Source: Acidimicrobiia bacterium (GTDB lineage: Bacteria > Actinomycetota > Acidimicrobiia > Spongiisociales > JAENVV01). From it: 49,209 bases of DNA. This document shows positions 40,341-49,195 of the stretch, one piece after another. The notes beneath the pieces were generated by a model, which worked only from the letters and a program-made list of their open reading frames with translations, was not told where the DNA came from and ran no database searches. The stretch lies in assembly GCA_041577335.1 (NCBI GenBank), contig JBFGJH010000018.1:1-49209 (forward strand). Direction: 5' to 3'. A program made the translations under genes and the position numbers. Each line of letters starts with the position of its first letter. Within the stretch, counting starts at the first letter, position 1.

Positions 40341-40444
40341 GATCTCCTCCTCCAGCGAGCGGAGCGAGCGTTGGGGGAGGTGGACTCGGCGGAAGCCGAG
40401 GACGGAGGGGGCGGAGGAGGTGAGGCGTAGCCTCGGCGACGACG
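40341..40444 (-). repeat. REP-like family A copy without cassette
   Basis: Reverse complement is colinear with 15901-16052. Confidence 0.8.
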
Positions 40445-40739
40445 TGAGTACCCATGTCCGAAGCGTTCTACGCGCACCGGATCGCCCAAGGGCGACTGAT
40501 GAATGCAAACCAGCAGCTGACCCGTTGTCGAACGCTGTCGTCCCCCCGATTCTGACCGGACGACCGTCCGAAGTGCTGCCGATTGCCGACATTTCATGGC
40601 GGAGAACTGCTCGGCCGGCACGGTCATTTGCATGCAGCAAGAGGGCTCAGCCGCAGGCGGCTCGCGTGACCCGAAGAGAGCGTGCACACGCAAAACGTTC
40701 TCGACCGGGAAGAATCGTTGCGACGTGCACAACGGTCTG

Positions 40740-40814
40740 TGGGCCCACCTGGACTTGAACCAGGGACCTCTTCCTTATCAGGGAAGCGCTCTAACCGGGC
40801 TGAGCTATGGGCCC
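40740..40814 (-). tRNA. tRNA-Ile (GAT), CCA not encoded
   Basis: GGGCCCATAGCTCAG...CTGATAA...GGTTCAAGTCC...TGGGCCCA cloverleaf. Confidence 0.96.
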
Positions 40815-40921
40815 GTGCCTGGACGTAACGTCCGACGGGTGCGGGATTGTATCAGCAACCGAGAAGCCCCTCCAAGACGATTTGGTCCGGCACCCCGTTG
40901 ACATAGAATGTGGCACCGCAA

Positions 40922-40994
40922 GGGGCTGTAGCTCAGTTGGCAGAGCACCTGCTTTGCAAGCAGGGGGTCAGGGGTTCAAATCCCCTCAGCTCCA
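40922..40994 (+). tRNA. tRNA-Ala (TGC), CCA not encoded
   Basis: GGGGCTGTAGCTCAG...TTTGCAA...GGTTCAAATCC...CAGCTCCA; G3:U70 pair. Confidence 0.96.
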
Positions 40995-41079
40995 CTTCTC
41001 TTGCTGGTCGATGGTCAATCCGGTAACTCCCCGCCTCGTTGGTGGTGATTGACCCAAGGGACGGCGGGTCGCCATTCGG

Positions 41080-42441
41080 TCAGTTGCGCCGTGGTGATCC
41101 CCTGCGGGTGTTCACCCGGCTCAACACCTCTTCGGCAACGCAGATACCCTGTTCCAATCCGGCCTCGATGCCCATCGGGTAGTGGATTCCCCCATGAAGA
41201 CGCGACTGGGCGGCCTCGTTGGCCGCCTCCCAGACCGAAGAAAACCTTCTGGGCGCGAAGCCGTTTGGTGTTGCGCTGTCGTCGGTGAGGGCCACCGTGC
41301 CGACCAATGCCGTCAGCGCCGTGGCTGCCGCTCCCGAGCCCACCGAGTGCCCCGAGGTGTATTCCGGGAAGGCGGGGCTGTTGACGAATGAGTTCCAAGC
41401 CGGATCGATGTTGGCTTTGATATAGGTCACAGGCCGCACGAGATTCGAGCGATACTTCTCGGTCCAGCAGGAAGTGAAGGCGTCAGCGACGGTGATCCCG
41501 TGCAGTGCCATGACTTCTGCTGCCCGGGCGAGGTCGAAACCGAGCTGTCGAACAAGACCTACGGCGATCAATGCCCAGTGCCCCGATGGCAGGCCTGTTG
41601 TCCCGTCGGGATTGTCTCGCCAATAGAGGGAGGTTTCCTTTTGCACGTCCGAGAGGGCGTTCACGGCGTCGTAGGTTGCAAGCGCCTCTGCATAGAACGC
41701 GGATGAAGGGTCTGTCGAGAATGGCACCGGAGGGGGAGGTGCGCACGCGGTGACGGGTGAGAGGGCGAATGGCCTGACTTGCTCCCAGTACGGTTCGATG
41801 GCCGACCCGAAGTTGGGTGGGGTCCGCTCCCATAGCCCAGGACCAACCGGCGGCGTGTAGGCAAGACCTTGGATCGCTGCCCATCCGTCACGACGTATCC
41901 AGGTCGCCAGATCGGTTCCAATCGCCCGACCATGCGCAACCGATCGATCAATCGTGGCCTGGTCTGGCACGGATGCCTGGCGCTCGGCACGAATGTCAGC
42001 CTCGAGATCGGCGAGCGACGCCATCGATGTCTCGCGACCTTCAAAAAGAACCGGGACAATTGTTGCGATCGCTGCGTTGGCGGCGGTTGGCCAGTCGTAG
42101 GCCAGGCCGACCTGCGGGAGGGGGAGTCGGGGCAGATCGTTCAGTTGCCGTCCGAGGGATCGATGTCGCGGCATGCCTCCCACGACAGCCTCATATGCAG
42201 CTACACCGATGTACCCGTAGGTCCTCGCAGCATTGGGAGGCGTGTATCTCTCGAACTTGACCGCGTCATACACCGCCTGAATCCACCGGAGGAGGACCTC
42301 GGCGTCGTAGGCGTTCGTGAGCGGATGCCCCGGTGCCAACGCGAGCGCCGCTGCCCCTGAAGAAACCTGAAGTGCTACGACGCCGGCACCGATCGACATG
42401 GATCGGACCAGGAACTCACGCCGGGAAACGGTTGATCCCAT
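41080..42441 (-). CDS. Vanadium-dependent haloperoxidase / PAP2 superfamily protein with Tat signal
   Basis: SRREFL twin-arginine motif; KY.....RP, PAFPEYTSGHS, SRLHGGIHY vanadate/phosphate motifs. Confidence 0.88.
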   Translation of the reverse strand: MGSTVSRREFLVRSMSIGAGVVALQVSSGAAALALAPGHPLTNAYDAEVLLRWIQAVYDAVKFERYTPPNAARTYGYIGVAAYEAVVGGMPRHRSLGRQLNDLPRLPLPQVGLAYDWPTAANAAIATIVPVLFEGRETSMASLADLEADIRAERQASVPDQATIDRSVAHGRAIGTDLATWIRRDGWAAIQGLAYTPPVGPGLWERTPPNFGSAIEPYWEQVRPFALSPVTACAPPPPVPFSTDPSSAFYAEALATYDAVNALSDVQKETSLYWRDNPDGTTGLPSGHWALIAVGLVRQLGFDLARAAEVMALHGITVADAFTSCWTEKYRSNLVRPVTYIKANIDPAWNSFVNSPAFPEYTSGHSVGSGAAATALTALVGTVALTDDSATPNGFAPRRFSSVWEAANEAAQSRLHGGIHYPMGIEAGLEQGICVAEEVLSRVNTRRGSPRRN

Positions 42442-42572
42442 CTGCGGTTGGCCTTTCTGTTGAGAGCAGCAGCGATCCCCAGTGGCACCATGCGACTCTT
42501 CCTGTCTGCTCCCCGCAAAGTAGGCGTCTTATTGGTCGTTCGTCAAGTCCCATTTCGAACGCGCTCACAAGG

Positions 42573-42605
42573 GTTGGCCGGCGGCGACTCAACCCGCCGG
42601 CCGAC
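42573..42605 (-). terminator. GC-rich hairpin downstream of the secreted-protein gene
   Basis: GTTGGCCGGCGG / CCGCCGGCCGAC 12-bp stem; no clear U tail. Confidence 0.45.
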
Positions 42606-42649
42606 GGCTGTCTGGCGATCTGGGCGGCGTTGGCGAACAGCCCTGCCGG

Positions 42650-43162
42650 CTACGGTGCGATGGCGAGGGTTCCGTTGAATTCGAGGAAGTTGGCGTCGCT
42701 CATACCTCGAAAGACCATTCGATTCCCCACCAAATCGGTCGGGAATGATCCTCCGGCGTCTACCCAAACAACGTAGCCCTCGGCCGTAGCCGTGAGATGT
42801 GGTGCATTGGCGACTCCCTCGTCATATCCCCACATCGCGACGTCGCCCATGCAGGCCGTCATGACGCCATCGGTGAATTCGGGCACGAACGACTCGTAGA
42901 CGACCCAGAACTCTTGGAACAAGAACCCACGGCCGCCGTCGACGCGACCAGTGGGAATGAATGCCAAGCCAAACGTGTCACCTTCGAAGTCGATGGTCCC
43001 CGCCCACGAAAACTCAGGACACGGCGCGGTGGGATCACCCAAACCAAGATTGAACTGCAGGTCCATCTCACCGACCAGTGGAGTGTCAGCTCCAACGGGT
43101 GCTGCAACGAGTGTGACCAGAATTCCGACGGCCGCGATGATCGCGAGAAGCTTCCTCGGCAT
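42650..43162 (-). CDS. Secreted hypothetical protein
   Basis: Signal peptide ending VGA-D; GGGGTAGGA RBS. Confidence 0.75.
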   Translation of the reverse strand: MPRKLLAIIAAVGILVTLVAAPVGADTPLVGEMDLQFNLGLGDPTAPCPEFSWAGTIDFEGDTFGLAFIPTGRVDGGRGFLFQEFWVVYESFVPEFTDGVMTACMGDVAMWGYDEGVANAPHLTATAEGYVVWVDAGGSFPTDLVGNRMVFRGMSDANFLEFNGTLAIAP

Positions 43163-43424
43163 GTCCTACCCCCTTGAATCGGATGGTTCAACAGGTCGAC
43201 CTTGCGGCACCGGCGTACTGCGCGCCAGAGGCATTGGTCCTTCTCGGCGCCCCTTGCTGGGGGCAGAGATGGCTGGTGGGCTGTTCATGAGGCCGGCTCG
43301 AAAGGAGCGGCGCTGAGCCGCCGGGTGGGAGCGCAACACCGGTACACTATCCCGGCTACGAGTGCTGGAACCCGTGACGGGCGAGGGGACCGGCCGGAGC
43401 TAACTCACAGCCCTACGAGGTCCC

Positions 43425-43946
43425 ATGCCGTCGACGAAGATCCCTGCGACAATCGAGCGGCTTTCCGAAATGCCGGATGCGGTGCCGACTGTGGCCCGCT
43501 GGATCTGGGATGCTTGGGGCGCCAAGACCTACGCTCAGACAGTCGCCTCGCTCGAGAAACCCGGCTTGCCGGCTCCGCTGATCGCGGTTGTTGCCGGGGA
43601 ACCTGTGGGTGTGGTGAGCTTCGCTCATTTCGATCTCGGCGGTACCGGCACCGACGACCTCTGGATAGATGCTCTGTTCGTCATGCCGAGACGCCGATCC
43701 TCGGGTTTGGGCTCCCGTCTCGTCACCGAAGCGGCTGCCGTCGCGGCGGCCACCGGCGCGCAATGGCTCTACGTCTACACCGACATCAGCGCCTGGTACG
43801 AAGCTCGCGGTTGGGAGGTCGTGGACTCAAGAAAAGGCGGGACGGTCCTCCGCTCTGCTTGTGCGCCCGAGAGCCCGCCTGAGTTCGCCGGTCGAACGAC
43901 GGTGAGCCGTGACGTATCCAGGATCGGTCGGTCCGACGGCCCCTAA
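43425..43946 (+). CDS. GNAT family N-acetyltransferase
   Basis: WIDALFV.P.RRSSGLGS.L, LYVYT, WYEARGW; GAGG RBS. Confidence 0.85.
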   Translation: MPSTKIPATIERLSEMPDAVPTVARWIWDAWGAKTYAQTVASLEKPGLPAPLIAVVAGEPVGVVSFAHFDLGGTGTDDLWIDALFVMPRRRSSGLGSRLVTEAAAVAAATGAQWLYVYTDISAWYEARGWEVVDSRKGGTVLRSACAPESPPEFAGRTTVSRDVSRIGRSDGP

Positions 43947-45676
43947 CTGGCTGCCCGCGTGTGAGTCGAACCGGCCGCCATTTGGGGACTGTCTACGGAT
44001 TCGCGCACGGCTGGCGCATGGGGCAGCACTGCGCCTGGTAGCTCAATCATGAAACAAGCGCCCCCGAGGAGTTCAGAAGTTCGGTAGGTGACACGACCAT
44101 TGTGTGCCTTGACGAGCGAATCGACAATGCTGAGTCCGATGCCTGATCCGGGTATCGAAGCGTTGAACCGGTGATGGGCCCGCTCGAACCGCTCCCACAT
44201 CGTGATTTGGTGCTTCTTTGGCACGCCCGCACCGTTGTCGTGGACGGACAAGAAGAGATCCGCGCCTTGCGATGTAGCAGCCAACGTGACCTCTCCCGAA
44301 CCGTACCGATTGGCGTTCGTGAGCAGGTTGACGAGGACCTGTTGGATGCGATCGCAGTCGACAGAAACCAACAGGCGCTCGTTCACGTCGACGGTGAGGC
44401 CACGGCGGGGAATGTCTGAAGAGACGATTGAGCGCTCTACGAGCTCGGCCAAGACCTCGGCACTGACGTCGATTTCGACAGAGTCGAGGTCGTCGCGAGC
44501 CAGCATCACGAGATCGGTGACCATCCGGCCCATGTAATCAGCTTGCTGGCGTGTCGTCGAGATGATATCGATTCGCTCACCGGCCGTGAGTAGGTCTCCA
44601 TCATCGTCGAGCACGCTCAGGAACCCGACGAGGGAGGTGAGCGGCGTTCGCAGTTCGTGAGATAACGACGAGATGAGCGCAGTTCGCTCGTGCTCGACAA
44701 GGATGCGGTTCTCGCGGATGGCCAACGCCTGTCTAGCGAATACCAGAGAACCCACGAGGAATGTGGCAGGAAAGAGCATCAACGTGTGCTGGTCCCCGTC
44801 CGCCAGGATTTCCATCGCAAGCAGAACGAACATCCCCGCCGCTGCGCCGTATGGTGCTACGAGTGACCATATTGGCGTACGGCGATCACTGACCTCGCGG
44901 GCAACGGGCATCTTGTCTGTGATCTCTGCCGCTGCGAAATAGAAGAACACAGCTGCAGTGAACATTGCGAAGTTCGGCGTTGCCTCAGCAAATGAGACAC
45001 CTGTTGCGGTGGACAGAAAGCTGAGATCGGCTGCTGCCTGCAGCGTGAGGCCGATGGCGACAAGCACGAGCCGAACGTCGAATCGGTATTGCCGCCTGCG
45101 AACAAACACGATCCCGATTGAGACGACGCCGGCAGTATCGAGCAGCGGATATGCGCTCCCGACCCACCGGTCGAAAGTTGGAGCGTCGGCCAAGCCCAGA
45201 AAGATATCTTCGAGCACGATTGCCGCCAGAATCGCGGCGATCGACAGAGAGACGACAACGCCGTCGATGATTCGTTGAGCTCGCTCACGCCAGTCGCCTC
45301 CTCCGCCCGGGAGCAAAGCCAGACCGGTGACAAAGAAGACATAGCCTCCCAAGATCACGAAATCGAAGCCACTGAAGGCGGGGATGCTTCCCACGATCAT
45401 GGCGGTCGCCACCCCAGCCAGGACGCCGAGAGAGGAGACAGCGAATCCCAGACCCATGAATCGCCAAGCCTGCTGTTCCTTGTCATCGAGCCGGCCGGAC
45501 CGGCGAATCATCAGAATTGCCGCATAGCCATTCCCGAACACGACCGCAATGATGGCGATGAGTTCGGCCCATCCAGGCATTACAGCGGCCGCGACGACAC
45601 CGATTGCTAGGAGGGTAAGCACCACCATGGAGCTGCGCGAAAGAGCTCGTCGTGATGGACTCGGCGAGGACGACAT
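43943..45676 (-). CDS. Multi-TM sensor histidine kinase (HisKA + HATPase_c)
   Basis: Many TM helices, SHELRTPL H-box, NLLTNA, DNGAG, GSGIGL. Confidence 0.92.
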   Translation of the reverse strand: MSSSPSPSRRALSRSSMVVLTLLAIGVVAAAVMPGWAELIAIIAVVFGNGYAAILMIRRSGRLDDKEQQAWRFMGLGFAVSSLGVLAGVATAMIVGSIPAFSGFDFVILGGYVFFVTGLALLPGGGGDWRERAQRIIDGVVVSLSIAAILAAIVLEDIFLGLADAPTFDRWVGSAYPLLDTAGVVSIGIVFVRRRQYRFDVRLVLVAIGLTLQAAADLSFLSTATGVSFAEATPNFAMFTAAVFFYFAAAEITDKMPVAREVSDRRTPIWSLVAPYGAAAGMFVLLAMEILADGDQHTLMLFPATFLVGSLVFARQALAIRENRILVEHERTALISSLSHELRTPLTSLVGFLSVLDDDGDLLTAGERIDIISTTRQQADYMGRMVTDLVMLARDDLDSVEIDVSAEVLAELVERSIVSSDIPRRGLTVDVNERLLVSVDCDRIQQVLVNLLTNANRYGSGEVTLAATSQGADLFLSVHDNGAGVPKKHQITMWERFERAHHRFNASIPGSGIGLSIVDSLVKAHNGRVTYRTSELLGGACFMIELPGAVLPHAPAVRESVDSPQMAAGSTHTRAAS

Positions 45677-45825
45677 CCCTCTGTATCGGTAGCGAACAGC
45701 GGCGTATTGAGCAACTTGAGGGAACCCGTCAGTAGACCGCCGGTCGATCCTTGAGAAGTCGAGCCAACCGGGAACCTGATCGGTCCGCGCTATCGGTCAC
45801 CTTCACCGACCACGCGGGCGCTGCG

Positions 45826-47100
45826 CTAGATGGCGGCCACGTCGGTCGATTCGTACTCTACGAGGTCGACGACGACATGATCCAATCCAACGACTTCTTC
45901 TATGTGGTGAGCAAGCGTTTCCAGCATCGATACCAACTGGTCGGCTGATAGGTACGTGGTATTGGTGAAACGAAAGCCGCTGTGGCCAGCCGGAACGGCG
46001 GGAAACGAAGCCAAGTTGAGGAAGTAGCCATCTGCCATCATTCGCCTGCCGACCTCAATGGATTCTTCATGGCCGCCGACTCTGACGAACCAGATGGGCG
46101 TTGGGTCTTTGCGGGAGACGGGAAGTTTGAGGCGGCTCAGCTCAGTGGAGGTGAGCTCGATTTGGCGTTCGAGCACTTCCTGTCGCTCGAGGTGCTCGGC
46201 CGAAAGGTGAATGTCTGCAGCTGCGACTGCTGCTCCGAGTTCGGCCGGGTGCAGGGGGCCCGAGAAGGTGAGAGTCCCGCTGCAGATCTGAACCCTCCTT
46301 GCCATGTCATCGTCGGGGAAAGCGATCATGGCACCGCCGGCGCCAAATGACTTCGCTAGCGAGGCGGCAACGACCACTCGGGGGTGCCCCCCAAAAGCCT
46401 CTAGTGCCATGCCGCGGCCGAACTTTCCGTACCATCCGAATCCATGTGCATCGTCGATATACGCCCAGAGGTTGTCGTGGACATCGAGACTGTCGTTCAG
46501 GGCTTCGAACGGCATCACGTCCCCCAGCATGGAATAGATGCCGTCGGCCAAATACCACACAGCACGGTGGGAACTCAGCATTTCAAACGCCGCCTCCATA
46601 GCGGGAACGTCATTGTGAGGTACGGGCTCCACCGGGATTCCTTGGGCGATGAGCGTTTGGGTGGCTAGATGAACTGAAGAGTGCGCTTGAGCGTCGACGA
46701 CTACTGCGTCTCCTGGGCCTATCACCGTGGGCAGAAAAGCGAGATGGCCGAGGGTGGTTGTCGTCGGTACCACCACGGTTGTTCCGACGATTTGCTCCAA
46801 CTTCTCTTCGAGCTGTGAGTACAGCGGCACTGAGGTATACGCGGTAGAACTCGAGAAGACGGGACCGAATGCGTCGATCGCAGCTTTGGCTCCGTCCTTG
46901 AGCCGCTGATCGAGGTTCAGGCCGAGGTAGGCGCACGAGCCGAAATTGACGAGCTCCTTGCCTTCGATGGTGACGATATCCCCAGCGAGCTCAGTGTCTT
47001 CAACCCTTATCCGACACAAGTTGGCCTCAATTGCCGTCTGTGCGTGACGTTCGAATAGACGAAGAACGCGATCATGGCGAGCGGCACTGCCTGTGCGCAT
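45826..47100 (-). CDS. PLP-dependent alpha-oxoamine synthase family enzyme (BioF/Kbl/SPT/CqsA fold)
   Basis: NFGSCAYLGL, AHSS, HND, DGIYSM, DDAHG, SLAKSFG (PLP lysine); GGAGG RBS. Confidence 0.88.
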   Translation of the reverse strand: MRTGSAARHDRVLRLFERHAQTAIEANLCRIRVEDTELAGDIVTIEGKELVNFGSCAYLGLNLDQRLKDGAKAAIDAFGPVFSSSTAYTSVPLYSQLEEKLEQIVGTTVVVPTTTTLGHLAFLPTVIGPGDAVVVDAQAHSSVHLATQTLIAQGIPVEPVPHNDVPAMEAAFEMLSSHRAVWYLADGIYSMLGDVMPFEALNDSLDVHDNLWAYIDDAHGFGWYGKFGRGMALEAFGGHPRVVVAASLAKSFGAGGAMIAFPDDDMARRVQICSGTLTFSGPLHPAELGAAVAAADIHLSAEHLERQEVLERQIELTSTELSRLKLPVSRKDPTPIWFVRVGGHEESIEVGRRMMADGYFLNLASFPAVPAGHSGFRFTNTTYLSADQLVSMLETLAHHIEEVVGLDHVVVDLVEYESTDVAAI

Positions 47101-47285
47101 GGAAACCTCCGGGCGACCTACTGGGATCTGTGACTATACAAGCCTGACACCGCATAGCTAGTCAGAGTTCCCTCTCAGTTGGGAAGTTCACCCCAACTCA
47201 CCCTTCTTCCCACCCTTCTTCGCGAGTCGCGAACCGAGGGGCGTTTCCTCTCGTATTGAGTAGGGACCGAGCCAAGGAGGAACAT

Positions 47286-47723
47286 ATGCGACGGTCAATC
47301 ATTGCTGCGCTGGTGGTGTTGAGTTTGGGAGCAGCCCTGCCTGCAGCGGCATCGAGTCGTCAGCTCTACGCGTCACTCGATGCAAACAACGAGGTCGGCG
47401 GCGGAGACGGCAACGCTACGGGATGGGCCGTTATTCGGCTTCGCCCGGAAACCAGCCAGGTGTGCTTTCGGATCACGACCGATGGTCTGACCACCGATCC
47501 GATCGCAGCTCATATACATGACGGCGCCGCCGGCGTGAATGGGCCGGTAGTGGTCAACTTCGACTGGGCCGCCAACGGATCGGGCGCCAATGCCGATGGC
47601 TGCGTGAGCGCAGACCTCGATCTGATCAAGGACATCCACAGGAATCCCGGTGAGTACTACGTCAACGTGCACAATCCAACCGTCCCGTCCGGCGCTGTCC
47701 GGGGCCAATTGGTCCACGGATAA
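47286..47723 (+). CDS. Secreted CHRD-domain protein
   Basis: Signal peptide; AAHIH.G..G.NGPVV, YYVNVH....P.GAVRGQL; AAGGAGG RBS. Confidence 0.9.
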   Translation: MRRSIIAALVVLSLGAALPAAASSRQLYASLDANNEVGGGDGNATGWAVIRLRPETSQVCFRITTDGLTTDPIAAHIHDGAAGVNGPVVVNFDWAANGSGANADGCVSADLDLIKDIHRNPGEYYVNVHNPTVPSGAVRGQLVHG

Positions 47724-47883
47724 CGCTCGCACAAGGCCGCACTGAGTTCCGCGCAGCGTCCGGGCCCTCACTGGCCCGGACGCTGCGCCCTCTCGCTGTC
47801 GGGTGGTCGTCTTGACGTTGCCCGCCGGCGTCGGAAAACGGACCGGCTGATATTCTTCAACGCACGCGCGCACTAGGAGTTTG

Positions 47884-49083
47884 ATGCCCGAAGCTGTGAT
47901 CGTCGATGCCGTACGGACCCCCGTTGGAAGGCGAGGAGGAAAGCTCAAGGACTTTCACTCCGTCGATCTCGCCGCCAAACCGCTCGATGCTCTCGTCAAG
48001 CGCAACGATCTCGATCCCGAGTTGATCGAAGATGTGATCATGGGCTGCGTCATGCAGACCGGAGAGCAGTCGGCCAACGTCGGTCGAAATGCCGCGCTGG
48101 CTGCCGGCTTTCCCGAGACGGTCGTCGGCACCACCATCGATCGGCAATGCGGTTCGTCGCAGCAGTCCGCCCACTTCGCCGCGCAAGGCGTGATGGCCGG
48201 CGCCTACGACGTCGTGGTCGCCGCGGGTGTCGAGTCGATGACCCGGATCCCCATCGGGTCATCATGGGAGCAAGGCCCAGGCCTTCCCTTCGGCCCGCTG
48301 ATGTTGGAGAGATACGACCACCGTCTCGTACCGCAGGGAATCTCAGCCGAGATGATCTCGAAGAAATGGAATCTCTCTCGAAACGAGCTGGACGAGCTGT
48401 CGTACTACTCACACATGCGAGCGGCCACGGCAACCGAAGAAGGGCGGTTCGACACGCAGATCGTCCCCGTCGATATCCGGTTGGATGACGGCTCGAGCGA
48501 AACCATGACGATCGACGAGGGAATCAGGTGGGAGACGTCGCTCGAGAAGCTCGCTTCTCTGAAGCCTGCTTTCGATCCCGATGGGGTTGTCACGGCCGGA
48601 AACTCTTCACAGATCTCCGACGGCGCGGCAGCCGTGCTGATCATGGCCGCCACCAAGGCAGAAGAGCTCGGATTGGAGCCCATGGCCCGGTTCACAGCCT
48701 TCTCGCTTGCGGGCGTTGATCCTGTGACGATGCTGACCGGCCCAATCCCGGCGACGAGCAAGGTGCTCGACCGGGCCGGGCTCTCGGTAGATGACATCGA
48801 TCTGTTCGAGGTCAACGAGGCGTTCGCGGCGGTCACAGCTGCCTGGCGCATCGAGCACGGCGGCACAGATCCCGACGGGCTGTGGGAGCGAACCAATGTC
48901 AATGGGGGAGCGGTGGCGCTGGGCCATCCTCTCGGAGCGTCGGGTGCCCGATTGCTCACCACTCTCGTGCATGAGTTGGTGCGAACCGGCGGTCGCTACG
49001 GCCTGCAAACGATCTGCGAGGGCGGCGGCATGGCCAACGGCCTCATCATCGAGAACATTTCAGGCCGGGCAGGCCCAGCCTGA
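47884..49083 (+). CDS. Thiolase (acetyl-CoA C-acyltransferase)
   Basis: RTP.G, DRQCGSS, NEAFA, GHPLGASG, CEGGG. Confidence 0.95.
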   Translation: MPEAVIVDAVRTPVGRRGGKLKDFHSVDLAAKPLDALVKRNDLDPELIEDVIMGCVMQTGEQSANVGRNAALAAGFPETVVGTTIDRQCGSSQQSAHFAAQGVMAGAYDVVVAAGVESMTRIPIGSSWEQGPGLPFGPLMLERYDHRLVPQGISAEMISKKWNLSRNELDELSYYSHMRAATATEEGRFDTQIVPVDIRLDDGSSETMTIDEGIRWETSLEKLASLKPAFDPDGVVTAGNSSQISDGAAAVLIMAATKAEELGLEPMARFTAFSLAGVDPVTMLTGPIPATSKVLDRAGLSVDDIDLFEVNEAFAAVTAAWRIEHGGTDPDGLWERTNVNGGAVALGHPLGASGARLLTTLVHELVRTGGRYGLQTICEGGGMANGLIIENISGRAGPA

Positions 49084-49085
49084 GT

Positions 49086-49195
49086 CCTGGTCGTGTCGCC
49101 CTTCGGCGACGCTCTTCGTGTCGGTGCCGGGCGCAGGTCCCGGCACCTCCGTGTAAGGGGGACCGCAGAGCCTTTCCCCCTTACGAACCCCCTTC
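49086..49195 (+). repeat. REP-like family B copy after the thiolase stop codon
   Basis: Three hairpins gtcgcc/ggcgac, ggtgccggg/cccggcacc, gtaaggggg/cccccttac; aligns with 9580-9690 and 4033-4135. Confidence 0.8.

Noticed and set aside
40480..40530. Hairpin followed by CTGATGA, like a hammerhead ribozyme core
   Set aside because: No stem II plus GAAA and no properly placed cleavage triplet with stem III.
39875..40758. Several 116-285 aa ORFs across the tandem repeat
   Set aside because: Open only because of GC content and the 111-bp period; low-complexity Arg/Pro/Ser composition and no convincing translation signals.
45826..47100. Naming the gene bioF or cqsA
   Set aside because: The visible motifs are shared across the AOS family; substrate cannot be assigned without phylogeny or assay.
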